64,000 nt of DNA from an uncultured Eubacteriales bacterium (GTDB lineage: Bacteria > Bacillota > Clostridia > HGM11514). Shown here piece by piece: positions 9,006 through 18,241 of the stretch (positions are counted from its first letter, which is position 1; each line of letters starts with the position of its first letter). The notes beneath the pieces are model-generated. The model made no database searches and was not told the origin of the DNA. It saw only the letters and a program-made list of their open reading frames with translations. The DNA is taken from positions 1,191-65,190 of the forward strand of contig CABUMF010000007.1 of the NCBI GenBank assembly GCA_902492655.1. The letters run 5' to 3'. Position numbers and translations under genes: made by a program.

Positions 9006-10138
9006 ACCTCCGAATAGCTGCCGAGGTAAGAAAAGTCCATTTCCGCCTCAAGCTCCGAAAGAAGCCTGATAAGCTCGTCCGAGTAAACAGAAACATCCAT
9101 TTCGAGGTAGAACATGAACTCAAAATCCCTGTTTCTTATGGGGCGGCTTTCGATTTTTGTAAGGTTAATCCCGAGAGCCGCAAACTTTGACATAAGGTCG
9201 TAAAGAGAGCCGGGGCGGTGCGGAAGGCGCACGATTACGCTGATTTTGTCCGCTCCGGGGTAAATTTCGGGGTTCTTTGAAATGCAAATGAACTTGGTGT
9301 AGTTGTTGGAAAAGTCCTGAATATCCTCTGCGATAACCGACAGTGCGTAAAGCTCGGCGCAGATGCCCGAGGAGATTGCGGCGATGTCGCTTCTGTCGCT
9401 TTCCGCAACCATTTTTGCGGCGATAGCGGTGTTTTCGCAAACGGTGACCTTAATGTTTTTGTGCTCCGACAGGAATTTTTCGCACTGACCGATAGCCTGC
9501 TCGTGCGAGAAAACCTCCTTGATTTTTGAAATATCGGTTCCCTGTTTTGCAAGGAGGCAGTGGTTAATCTGAAGCCTGGAGCTTCTCACGATGCAGAATT
9601 TGTGGGAATCCATAAGGTCGTAAACCTCGCCCACACTGCCGTGAATGCTGTTTTCAACGGGCAGAATGCCGTATCTGCAAAGCCCGTGCTCCACCGCATC
9701 GAAAACGCTTCTGAAGGTATTCATGTACATAATCGTGGGGTTTTGGAACAGCTTGTCGCAGATTTGCTGAGAATACGCTCCTTCCGTACCCTGACAGGCA
9801 ACGGTTGCGGATGAGGGGAACATTTTATCGGTATTCTCGAGAGACTCTTTAATTCTTTTTGAGGTTTCGCTCTCGCCTCGAATTAAGCTACCCTGATAGG
9901 AGCGGCTGAGGTCAAAAAGCGTGTTGTAAAGCACTTTGAGATAGAGTGACATATCTTCGGGTTGCATAGCGGTAACACGAGCCACAACATCTCTTTCTCG
10001 GCTGCGGTTGAGTATCGGGAGATTGTTTTCCGCCTTGAATTTCGCCACCGAAGCGGCAAGCTCCATGCGCTTAACAAAGAGTGCGGAAAGCTCATCGTCG
10101 ACACTGTTAATCTGATTTCTGATTTCTTCAAGATTCAT
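9002..10138 (-). CDS. pheA: Chorismate mutase / prephenate dehydratase
   Basis: N-terminal CM domain (LEEIRNQINSVDDELSALFVKRMELA), PDT domain and C-terminal ACT domain; 4-nt overlap with aroE/K. Confidence 0.85.
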   Translation of the reverse strand: MNLEEIRNQINSVDDELSALFVKRMELAASVAKFKAENNLPILNRSRERDVVARVTAMQPEDMSLYLKVLYNTLFDLSRSYQGSLIRGESETSKRIKESLENTDKMFPSSATVACQGTEGAYSQQICDKLFQNPTIMYMNTFRSVFDAVEHGLCRYGILPVENSIHGSVGEVYDLMDSHKFCIVRSSRLQINHCLLAKQGTDISKIKEVFSHEQAIGQCEKFLSEHKNIKVTVCENTAIAAKMVAESDRSDIAAISSGICAELYALSVIAEDIQDFSNNYTKFICISKNPEIYPGADKISVIVRLPHRPGSLYDLMSKFAALGINLTKIESRPIRNRDFEFMFYLEMDVSVYSDELIRLLSELEAEMDFSYLGSYSEV

Positions 10139-11103
10139 TACAGTTCACATCCTTTAAGAATTGATATAGCCGCCGCCGATTCTATGGGCGGCAGTGCTCT
10201 GGGAACAATGCAGGGGTCATGGCGACCTCTGATTTCAAGCTCTGTGTTTTTCATAGCCTCGATGTCAACGGACATCTGTTTTTTTGCGATTGAAGGTGTA
10301 GGCTTAATCGCAACACGGAACACGATCGGCATACCGTCGGAAATTCCGCCCAGGATGCCGCCGCAGTTGTTGGTTCTGGTTAAAATTTTGCCGTCCGACA
10401 CGAAAAACTCATCGTTGTTTTCCGAGCCGTAGAGATTGCATGAAGCAAAGCCGGCGCCGAACTCAATACCCTTTACGGCAGGGATTCCGAAAACCTCTTT
10501 TGAAATAATGCTTTCAAGGCCGTCGGTGTACATACCGCCAAGCCCCGGGGGAACGCCGTCAATTCTGCACTCTGCGATACCGCCGACGGAATCGAGCTTT
10601 TGCCTTGCAAGGGTAATTTCGTCGAGCATATTCTCGCCGGAATTTCCGTGAATGGAAACGATTTTCGAGGAAACGGTAATCCCCCTTCTTTTAAGTATTT
10701 GAAGGGCGATGCCGCCTGCTATGCAGTACGGAGCGGTGAGCCTTCCGGAGAATGGACCGCCTCCGCTCATGTCGAGCTTTCCTCCGAATTTAACATACGC
10801 CGTGTAATCGGCGTGCCCGGGCCTCGGAACGATTTTGAGGTTTTGGTAGTCCTTAGACCGAACATTGGTGTTTTTGATAACCGCGCGAACCCTTCCGCAG
10901 ATTTTGCCGTCCTCGATTCCCTCCTCGAAAACCGGAAAATCCGCCTCCCGCCTCGGGGTTGAATATTGGCTGTTTCCGGGGGCACGGCGCTTTAGAAAAT
11001 CATAAAGCTCATCGAAATCCACGCTTTCCCCCGTCGGAAGTCCCTCGATAACACAGCCTATCTCCGGGCCGTGGGATGAGCCGAAAATTTTAATATTCAG
11101 CAT
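10138..11103 (-). CDS. aroC: Chorismate synthase
   Basis: MLNIKIFGSSHGPEIGCVIEGLPTGE start; start placed at ATG 11103 (GGAGGTG RBS 7 nt upstream) rather than track start 11229. Confidence 0.9.
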   Translation of the reverse strand: MLNIKIFGSSHGPEIGCVIEGLPTGESVDFDELYDFLKRRAPGNSQYSTPRREADFPVFEEGIEDGKICGRVRAVIKNTNVRSKDYQNLKIVPRPGHADYTAYVKFGGKLDMSGGGPFSGRLTAPYCIAGGIALQILKRRGITVSSKIVSIHGNSGENMLDEITLARQKLDSVGGIAECRIDGVPPGLGGMYTDGLESIISKEVFGIPAVKGIEFGAGFASCNLYGSENNDEFFVSDGKILTRTNNCGGILGGISDGMPIVFRVAIKPTPSIAKKQMSVDIEAMKNTELEIRGRHDPCIVPRALPPIESAAAISILKGCEL

Positions 11104-12283
11104 AAATTTCACCTCCGAGCGTTTTGAAATCGTCAAAAAATGAGGGGTAAGATTTGTCAGCCGCCTCAGCGCCGAGGATTTTAATTTCCCCGTCCGAAAT
11201 GACCGACGCAACGGCTGAAGCCATAACAATTCGGTGGTCGGAGTAGGAGTTTACAACTCCGCCAGAAAGCCTGCCGTTGCCGGTGATTTTCAAGGAATCA
11301 CCCAAAATTTCGGCTTTACCTCCGAGGGAGTTAATCATATCGGAAACCGAAACAAGCCTGTCGCTTTCCTTGAGCCTCAGCCTGCCTGCGTTTTTAAATA
11401 CCGTCACGCCCCGCTTTGAAGCCGCAACAACCGCAAGAGGCGGCACAAGGTCGGGGATTTCCGAAACATCGACCGTATCCTCCTTTGCGGCGGACAAAAA
11501 CGCCTTGTCGCCTTGGGTTGAGGCTATGTCAAGCCCCAAAACACGAACATCACAGCCACATTCGCAAGAAGCCAAAAAGAAAGCGGCATTAGACCAGTCC
11601 CCGTCACAGATTGTGCTTTTCGGGGACTTAAATTTCTGATTTCCGGGGATGAAATAGCCCGTATCCGTAAGCTTTATTTCGATACCGAAAAGGCGAAGGG
11701 TGTCTATCGTCATATCAACATACGCACCCGACTGTAGGGGCGAAAGAAGTGTAATTTTGCTGTCCTCACAGCAGGAGGGGAGTGCCATAAGAAGCCCCGA
11801 AATGTACTGGGAGCTTATATTTCCGTTAATTGAAAATTCTCCTCCCGTAAGCCTCCCCGAAACGCTCATGGGAAGGCTTTCGCTTGAAAACCGACAGCCG
11901 TGCTCCGCCATTTGGCGCACAAGGTCGGTAAAGGGCCTTGTGGGGAGCCTACCCTCGCCCGTCATTGTAAAGCCGTCTGAAAGGCAGGCGGCAACGGGGA
12001 GCAAAAACCTTGCTGTAGAGCCGCTTTCGCCGCAAAAAAGCTCGGGATTTTCGGGGGATTTCCCCATTTTTATCACAACCGAATCGGAATTTCTCAAAAC
12101 ATTTGCCCCCAAAGCGGAAACGCACCGCATGGTGGCTTCGATGTCCTTTGAAAAGCCATTTATGAAGATTTTCACAGGCTCCTCGCAAAGAGAAGCGCAA
12201 ATTATTTTTCGGTGGGCGTCGCTTTTTGAAGAAATTGCGCCTATCACGCCCGAAAGTTTTTTTGGTTTTACAGTCACATTCAT
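11090..12283 (-). CDS. aroA: 3-phosphoshikimate 1-carboxyvinyltransferase (EPSP synthase)
   Basis: 397 aa with typical EPSPS features (KSDAHRKII, GESGSTARFLLP). Confidence 0.9.
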   Translation of the reverse strand: MNVTVKPKKLSGVIGAISSKSDAHRKIICASLCEEPVKIFINGFSKDIEATMRCVSALGANVLRNSDSVVIKMGKSPENPELFCGESGSTARFLLPVAACLSDGFTMTGEGRLPTRPFTDLVRQMAEHGCRFSSESLPMSVSGRLTGGEFSINGNISSQYISGLLMALPSCCEDSKITLLSPLQSGAYVDMTIDTLRLFGIEIKLTDTGYFIPGNQKFKSPKSTICDGDWSNAAFFLASCECGCDVRVLGLDIASTQGDKAFLSAAKEDTVDVSEIPDLVPPLAVVAASKRGVTVFKNAGRLRLKESDRLVSVSDMINSLGGKAEILGDSLKITGNGRLSGGVVNSYSDHRIVMASAVASVISDGEIKILGAEAADKSYPSFFDDFKTLGGEIYAEY

Positions 12284-13311
12284 GCTTTCAGTCCTTTTGT
12301 CGTAAAGCTCAAAAGCCCGTCAACATTGATTTTTTTAAGCACGCACTTTCCGATTTTTTCGGGAACAACGAGGTTTATAAAATCCCCCTGCCTTTTTTTG
12401 TCGGACAGGGCTACACTGACAAGCTCCTCAGCCGAAAACTCGGTTGAAATTGGAAGACCGCAGGCAATGTTTGCATTGATAATTTTTTCTCTAGCCTCGC
12501 TGTTTTCGCCGGATGCAATCACCATGCCGATTGCAACTGCGTGCCCGTGAGTGATTTTGAAATCCGAAAGCTTTTCGATGGCGTGCCCCAATGTATGACC
12601 GAAATTAAGAAGCTGACGAAGCCCGGTGTCACGCTCGTCCTGCTCCACAACAAACGCCTTAAGCTCGATGCACCGCTTAACCACCGCTTCCGTGTCAAAC
12701 CTTCCTTTTGCAACGGTTTCAAAAAGCTCCTCATCGAAAATTGCGCCGTATTTGAGTGCCTCCGCAACGCCGTCGGCAAACACCTCTTTTGGAAGGGTTT
12801 TGAACGTGTCGCAGTCGCAGATACAAAGAATTGGCTGATAAAATGCGCCCATGAGGTTTTTTCCGGCATTGAGGTTGACAGCGGTTTTGCCGCCCACCGA
12901 GGAATCAATACCGGCAAGGAAGGTTGTGGGGATTTGAACAAAGTCGATACCCCGCAGGAAAAGTGCCGCCGCAAGCCCTGCCGTATCACCGCAAACTCCG
13001 CCGCCGAGGGCGATTGCGAGGTCGCTCCTTGTGATGTGCGCCTTCGCCATAGCCTCTAAGATTTCCGACAGCGTGGAAATATTTTTTGACTCCTCTCCGT
13101 TTTTGAAAACAAAGCTTTCCACCCGAAAGCCTGCGTCGGAGAAGGATTTTTCAACGGTTTTTCCGTAGAGCGGAAACACGATGTCATCGGAAATAATAAA
13201 CGCCTTGCAAGGCTTTTTTACGCTCTTTGTAAGCTCTCCCGCACGGCTCAGGAGTCCGTTTCCGATAACGCAGTCATATCCGCCTTGGACATTAACTCTG
13301 ACCTTTTGCAT
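12280..13311 (-). CDS. aroB: 3-dehydroquinate synthase
   Basis: 343 aa; GGGVCGDTAGLAAALFLRGIDFVQIPTT motif. Confidence 0.9.
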   Translation of the reverse strand: MQKVRVNVQGGYDCVIGNGLLSRAGELTKSVKKPCKAFIISDDIVFPLYGKTVEKSFSDAGFRVESFVFKNGEESKNISTLSEILEAMAKAHITRSDLAIALGGGVCGDTAGLAAALFLRGIDFVQIPTTFLAGIDSSVGGKTAVNLNAGKNLMGAFYQPILCICDCDTFKTLPKEVFADGVAEALKYGAIFDEELFETVAKGRFDTEAVVKRCIELKAFVVEQDERDTGLRQLLNFGHTLGHAIEKLSDFKITHGHAVAIGMVIASGENSEAREKIINANIACGLPISTEFSAEELVSVALSDKKRQGDFINLVVPEKIGKCVLKKINVDGLLSFTTKGLKA

Positions 13312-14140
13312 AACTTTTCTCCCCCTTCGAGATTTCCTCTTTTAAAATTCTGCCCTCAGCCAGAAGCCTAATAAGCTCCTCACGGTTTTCGCTTTGCAAG
13401 GCATCGGAATACTCCTTGAGGTGCGAAATAAGCAGGTCGATTTCATAGGTTAAGTTGTCGGCATTTTGCAAAAACAAATCCGCCCACATATTTTCGTTAA
13501 GCTTAGCAACCCTTGTTAAGTCCTTGAAGCTTCCTGCCGAAAAGCCGAAATGACGCTTGGCAGAAGGGGATTTCACAAACGCTCCCGATGCGATGTGGGC
13601 AAGCTGAGAGGTGTAGGCAATCATTTTGTCATGCTCCTCGGGGGTTGAAAACTGAAAATGCGAAAACCCAAGCTCCTTCATAAATGCCTCGTATTTATGA
13701 GGGATGGAGCTTCCCATAACAATAAGGGATGCGCCCTCAAAAAGACTGTCGGTTGAATATTCCGTGCCCCAGCATTCCTTGCCAGCCATGGGGTGTGCGC
13801 CAATAAATGTAAACCCGAATTTTTCGGCAAGCGGTGAGCAACAAGCACAAACCATGCGCTTTGTACCGCCGAAATCGGTAAAAATGGTGTTTTTCCCGAA
13901 CTTTGGGGCATACTTTTTTGCAAACTCCACCGTCAGATGCGGATAAAGGGCGGAAATAATTATGTCGCACCGACCGAAATTCCCTTCAAGCTCCCCCGAA
14001 ACAATACCCTTTTCGATACAGTCGGAGAGAACCTCGGGAAGATCGTAGCCCAGCACCTCATGACCGCATTTTGCGGCACGCTTAGCGGCAGATGCACCGA
14101 TAAGCCCGAGGCCTGCGATGCCGATAATCATAATCTGCAC
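13292..14140 (-). CDS. tyrA: Prephenate (or arogenate) dehydrogenase
   Basis: 282 aa; N-terminal Rossmann IGIAGLGLIGASAAKRA; TyrA fold. Confidence 0.8.
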   Translation of the reverse strand: MQIMIIGIAGLGLIGASAAKRAAKCGHEVLGYDLPEVLSDCIEKGIVSGELEGNFGRCDIIISALYPHLTVEFAKKYAPKFGKNTIFTDFGGTKRMVCACCSPLAEKFGFTFIGAHPMAGKECWGTEYSTDSLFEGASLIVMGSSIPHKYEAFMKELGFSHFQFSTPEEHDKMIAYTSQLAHIASGAFVKSPSAKRHFGFSAGSFKDLTRVAKLNENMWADLFLQNADNLTYEIDLLISHLKEYSDALQSENREELIRLLAEGRILKEEISKGEKSYAKGQS

Positions 14141-15135
14141 CTCAGGGGCAGAATTTTCTGAACCTTACCTGAAATTTCAGCGAACTGCTCGGGAGTAACC
14201 GACTGCGCACCGTCGCAAAGAGCGTGTGCAGGATCGTTGTGAACCTCGATGATAAGCCCGTCCGCACCGCAAGCAACCGACGCAAGAGCCATGGGAGCAA
14301 CAAGCTTGGCAACGCCTGTTGCGTGGCTCGGGTCAACGATAACCGGAAGGTGCGTCATGGTTCTGATGTAAGCAACGGAAGCCAAATCAAGAGTGTTTCT
14401 GGTAACTGTTTCAAAGGTTCTGATACCTCTTTCGCAGAGGATAACATTTTCGTTACCGCCTGCCATGATGTATTCTGCGCTCATAAGCCATTCCTGAACG
14501 GTGCTTGCAAGACCACGCTTTAAGAGGATAGGCTTATTGGTTTTGCCGAGCTCTTTGAGAAGCTCAAAGTTCTGCATATTTCTTGCGCCGACCTGTATAA
14601 TGTCCACATCGGAGAAAAGGTCGAGATGAGAAAGGTCCATAATTTCGGTAACAATGGGAAGTCCCGTTTCTTTCTTAGCCTCAAGAAGAAGCCTTATGCC
14701 CTCTCCACGAAGTCCCTGGAACGCATAGGGGGATGTTCTGGGCTTGAAAGCACCCCCACGGAGAGCCGATGCGCCTGCCGCCTTAACAGCCTTTGCGATG
14801 CCGATAATCTGCTCCTCGCTTTCAACGGAGCAAGGTCCTGCTATAATACCGAAGTTATCGCCGCCAAAAGATGCGCTGCCTGCGGAAACAACCGAATCGC
14901 CCGGGTGGAACTTTCTGTTTGCGTTTTTGTATGGCTCCTGAATTCTCTTGACATCATCGACAATATCGAGAGATTTGAGAAGATCCGCATCCAAATGGGA
15001 GGTATCGCCGATAAGTCCCATAATGGTTGTTTGAGCGCCCTCGCTTATGTGGATTTCCACATTGCTTTCCTTCAGCCAAGTCTTGAGGCTTTCAAGCTGG
15101 GCGGGATCGTAATCCTTTTTGAGCATTAAAATCAT
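14128..15135 (-). CDS. aroF: 3-deoxy-7-phosphoheptulonate (DAHP) synthase, type I-beta with N-terminal ferredoxin-like regulatory domain
   Basis: 335 aa; [11 protein letters not shown] and [16 protein letters not shown]-like core; about 80-aa N-terminal extension as in Thermotoga-type DAHPS. Confidence 0.85.
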   Translation of the reverse strand: MILMLKKDYDPAQLESLKTWLKESNVEIHISEGAQTTIMGLIGDTSHLDADLLKSLDIVDDVKRIQEPYKNANRKFHPGDSVVSAGSASFGGDNFGIIAGPCSVESEEQIIGIAKAVKAAGASALRGGAFKPRTSPYAFQGLRGEGIRLLLEAKKETGLPIVTEIMDLSHLDLFSDVDIIQVGARNMQNFELLKELGKTNKPILLKRGLASTVQEWLMSAEYIMAGGNENVILCERGIRTFETVTRNTLDLASVAYIRTMTHLPVIVDPSHATGVAKLVAPMALASVACGADGLIIEVHNDPAHALCDGAQSVTPEQFAEISGKVQKILPLRCRL

Positions 15136-15152
15136 ATTGTATCAAACTCCTT

Positions 15153-15189
15153 TGTAAAAAAATAAGAACCGCAATTATTTTGCGGTTCT
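15153..15189 (-). terminator. Attenuator terminator in aro operon leader (hairpin AGAACCGCA/TGCGGTTCT plus U7)
   Basis: 9-bp GC-rich stem, 6-nt loop, then UAUUUUUUU on the minus strand, only about 20 nt upstream of aroF RBS. Confidence 0.55.
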
Positions 15190-15219
15190 GTAAAAGCATG
15201 AATTAAAATAGTTATTATT

Positions 15220-15306
15220 TCATCTTTCAGCCATACCGCAATAAGCCTTACCGAAAAAGTAGGTAAAGCAATAAAAGTAGTATGTAGCTGAGTATGAATT
15301 GTTCAT
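15220..15306 (-). CDS. Candidate aro-operon leader peptide MNNSYSATYYFYCFTYFFGKAYCGMAER (6 Tyr + 4 Phe in 28 codons)
   Basis: Small ORF with GGAG RBS 7 nt upstream, between promoter and attenuator hairpin; not in ORF track (<60 aa). Confidence 0.45.
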   Translation of the reverse strand: MNNSYSATYYFYCFTYFFGKAYCGMAER

Positions 15307-15341
15307 AGCATTTCTCCGAAAATTAAAACTTAACTGTTTTT

Positions 15342-15370
15342 ATTTTAGCACAAAAAAATATGTTTGTCAA
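15342..15370 (-). promoter_or_regulatory. Promoter of aro operon leader: TTGACA-17-TAAAAT
   Basis: Minus strand TTGACAaacatatttttttgtgcTAAAAT. Confidence 0.45.
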
Positions 15371-15389
15371 CCCCCAAAATAAAAAAATA

Positions 15390-15430
15390 AGAGAACGCAA
15401 AAATTATTCTTTGCGTTCTCAAAACAGATA
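15390..15430 (-). terminator. Intrinsic terminator of the 879-aa surface protein gene
   Basis: Hairpin gagaacgcaaag..tttgcgttctc followed by U-run on minus strand right after stop at 15435. Confidence 0.5.
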
Positions 15431-15434
15431 AATA

Positions 15435-18017
15435 TTATTTTGTTACCATGAACGGTGTAAATGTGTATGTGCCTCTCTCTGTTATAGCGTCACCGAATAC
15501 TCTTACAGCAAAGCAGCCGTCTTGGGAAATGGTGTCAACGGGGAGCTCAATTGAATTTGTACCGTCGGATACCGTCACGCCTGCTTTTTCGAGCAATGCG
15601 GCATTGTAGTTGTCAATCTTCACATACTGGATGCAGTTGAATTCATTGTAGGTTGTGCCGTTCAGAATAAAGCTGTTGGAATTTTGTTTTTCGCCCAAAG
15701 AGATAGTAGGAGTTTTGGGAGTTACATCCTTAAAGGAAACCACCAAAGCCGCGTTTGCGTTAGGAGTAACCTTAATTACGCAAGCCTCGTCCACCTTAAC
15801 GGGAGTAACATCCTCGCCTGCGAAGGAAACAGCTTCAATTTCATAGCCCGAAGCCGGAGTAACTGCGATTTCGGCTTCAACGCCCTTTTCCAAAGTGATT
15901 GCATCGCCGTTTGCAACGTTTGCTCCGTCAACCTTAACCGAGCCGCCGTCTGAAATATTGGCGGAAACGGTAACCTCCTCGGAAAGGAATGTAATCTTAA
16001 CATCATCGAGGCAGATTTTAAGATTGCGAGCGTCAAGGAGTGCCTGAAGTCTTGTGGTAGCGGCAGCCTCATTCAAAACGCCGTCAACGGTATTTTCGTC
16101 GATAGCCTGTTTTGTGAGCTGATAGAGAACATGGCTTTCTTCCTTGCCCTGGTTCAGACCCTTAAACTCAAGCTGAAGATTTGCGACATCAATGGAAGAA
16201 ACGGACTCTGCACCGTCACGGGTTGTATGGATTTCAGTAGCCGTAAAGGTAGGCGCGGTAGCACTTCTCCAACCGTTCTCGCCCTCGTTTCCGGATGTAC
16301 TTACATAGAACTGAGTTCTCGGTGCACCAGCCGCTGCCCATGAACCCCAACCGGTATTAGCCCATTTATCAAGGCTTGCGCCGCTGAAGTTAAAGAAGGG
16401 CTGAGCCTGGCTTGCATTGCTCATATTTGTGCCGTTGTCCATGTACTTATACTTAAAGGAATATGTGTACTCTTTTCCTGCATTAACCTTAAATCCGGGA
16501 GCGCTTTTGGTAAATCTCGGATAGAAGTCAAAAACATCTTCCCTTACAACATTATTATTCACCTTTTTCCAAGCATTAATAAGAGTCTGTGCCTTAAAGT
16601 TCTTGATTACAATGTATGTGTTGCCGGTTTCATCGGTTTCAAAAGCACCTTCATAGCCGGAGGGGTTAATAACATTCCAGCCGTTAGTCAAGCTGCCTTC
16701 TTCATATGCATTAAAGTTATCGCTGAAAACAGTTACAGAACTCGGAACGGAAATATTAAGCGTACCGTCCGAAGTTATATCGGAGCCGGGGATAACAACC
16801 TTGTAAACGCCGTCTGAAAGTACAGGAGTAACGGCTGTGCCGTTGTATGTAACAGTCGGCTGATAAGCTGTGGTTATTTCGTATGTAGTGCCGAAGTAAT
16901 CGTTAACGGTAACCGTACCGCCGTTTGCCACGGCTGTAGATTCAGTGCACCCCGAGCCTGTGTTTGTGATAGCACGAACTGTAGCGTCGCCTTTAATTTT
17001 AACAGTGTCGGTATAATATGTGGTTTCTGCTGAGAAGGTGACATTATCTATACCGAAGCCGAAGTTTGCTTCTTCCATAACCTGTGCAAAAGCTGCGGAT
17101 CTCGTTGCGGATTTAAGAGCGGAGCAGTCCTCTCCGAGGCTCCATTCTCTGCAAAGCTGATCTTCTGTAAATGTACCGCCGTTAGCAACCAATCCTACCT
17201 CGTCGCCGTAGAGGTCACCGGGCTCGATAGTGAAGGTGTAACCTTCAAGAGGCTCCTCACCGCCTTTCCCATCTGCCTGGGTAAAGCCCGGTCCCACATA
17301 AGCCTTGTTGGCTATTAAAAGCTTAAGGAGGGCATCGTAAATACTAACCTCGAAGAAAAAGCTGTCGATAGTACCCACCGTACCGTTGGGAGCGGGAGTA
17401 GTATCTTTATCGGAAGTGGTCAGAAGATAGTTAAAGGGTTTTCCCGTATATCTTCTCCAACCGCTTGAAAGATTCTCCTGTGTCTGTTTTGCCCTATCAC
17501 CGGTATTGTTTTCGCCGGTGTAAGCTCCGAGCGATAAATAATACTGGTTAAAAGCGTTCCACTTATTACTTCTCCAACCGAGAATCTTGTTTGCGCCGGA
17601 CATACTATTGATACCCGAAGTACCTGCGTCCAAAGCGGAAACCGTACCTGCGGAAACCTTTGCAAGGTCCCAAGAAAGTGCGTATTTCTTTCCTGAGATG
17701 TAGGGTATTTTTTTACCCACTATGAGCCTGTAGGCAAGCACAACAAACGACCTTTTGTCTGCCGCGTCCGCTTTCGGGAGCGAAGCAAGCTCGTCCGGGT
17801 CGATTGACACGGCGCCGTACTTATTTCCGGTACCGTCGTCAAGAACGCTGTTAATCTTGCCGGCATCCGATGATTGCTTTACGCCGTCCTCAAAGTCTCT
17901 TAAAAAGACCGTGATTGTACCGGGAGTGCCTTCTGCGGAAACAGAAACCACGGAAAGGCTTGTAATGCAAGTCATAACCATGAGCATCGCCAGTACCAAG
18001 GATAAAGTTCTTTTCAT
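15435..18017 (-). CDS. Secreted multidomain protein (861 aa from ATG 18017) with the same unrecognised N-terminal domain A as the giant protein, Ig-like domains and an unrecognised C-terminal roughly 90-aa domain
   Basis: Signal peptide MKRTLSLVLAMLMVMTCITSLSVVSVSAEG; N-terminal roughly 400 aa similar to N-terminus of 18242..26971 protein; C-terminus similar to C-termini of 27269..28942 and 30071..31741 proteins. Confidence 0.7.
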   Translation of the reverse strand: MKRTLSLVLAMLMVMTCITSLSVVSVSAEGTPGTITVFLRDFEDGVKQSSDAGKINSVLDDGTGNKYGAVSIDPDELASLPKADAADKRSFVVLAYRLIVGKKIPYISGKKYALSWDLAKVSAGTVSALDAGTSGINSMSGANKILGWRSNKWNAFNQYYLSLGAYTGENNTGDRAKQTQENLSSGWRRYTGKPFNYLLTTSDKDTTPAPNGTVGTIDSFFFEVSIYDALLKLLIANKAYVGPGFTQADGKGGEEPLEGYTFTIEPGDLYGDEVGLVANGGTFTEDQLCREWSLGEDCSALKSATRSAAFAQVMEEANFGFGIDNVTFSAETTYYTDTVKIKGDATVRAITNTGSGCTESTAVANGGTVTVNDYFGTTYEITTAYQPTVTYNGTAVTPVLSDGVYKVVIPGSDITSDGTLNISVPSSVTVFSDNFNAYEEGSLTNGWNVINPSGYEGAFETDETGNTYIVIKNFKAQTLINAWKKVNNNVVREDVFDFYPRFTKSAPGFKVNAGKEYTYSFKYKYMDNGTNMSNASQAQPFFNFSGASLDKWANTGWGSWAAAGAPRTQFYVSTSGNEGENGWRSATAPTFTATEIHTTRDGAESVSSIDVANLQLEFKGLNQGKEESHVLYQLTKQAIDENTVDGVLNEAAATTRLQALLDARNLKICLDDVKITFLSEEVTVSANISDGGSVKVDGANVANGDAITLEKGVEAEIAVTPASGYEIEAVSFAGEDVTPVKVDEACVIKVTPNANAALVVSFKDVTPKTPTISLGEKQNSNSFILNGTTYNEFNCIQYVKIDNYNAALLEKAGVTVSDGTNSIELPVDTISQDGCFAVRVFGDAITERGTYTFTPFMVTK
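16880..18017. repeat. About 1.1 kb DNA repeat (copy 1) shared with 25862..26971
   Basis: Long stretches of near-identical nucleotide sequence (e.g. ggtagtatctttatcggaagtggtcagaagatagttaaagggttttcccgtatatcttctccaaccgcttgaaag vs ctgtagcggaagtggtcagaagatagttaaagggttttcccgtatatcttctccaaccgcttgaaag). Confidence 0.6.
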
Positions 18018-18178
18018 GAATATATCTCTCCATTTCAAAAAATTTGGCATCACACCATATTTAAATTTTAACATATTCTCCGCTTATTTTCAATATTTTC
18101 CCCAAAGAATTATTGCACAAATATTTCAATCATTTTTTGTGCATAACGACCAAGAAGGGCATAATAAAGATAAGAAGC

Positions 18179-18211
18179 GAACCGCCCGGGGGGGTTTCCC
18201 GGGGCGGTTCG
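18179..18211 (-). terminator. Terminator of giant surface protein gene
   Basis: GC-rich hairpin gaaccgcccgggggg..ccggggcggttc immediately after stop 18242. Confidence 0.4.
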
Positions 18212-18241
18212 CGAAAGAAGTTTTGAATACTAAAATTTTAA

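Noticed and set aside
15136-15434. T-box or other riboswitch in the aro operon leader
   Set aside because: No T-box consensus (AGGGUGGNACCGCG) or specifier-loop architecture. The leader is short and contains a translatable Tyr/Phe-rich peptide, which fits peptide-mediated attenuation better.
17420-17665. Antisense ORFs 17420..17665 and 26380..26748 sharing ...IFQAVGEDIRENPLTIF
   Set aside because: They lie on the opposite strand inside large, well-supported genes. Their similarity simply mirrors the DNA repeat between those genes.
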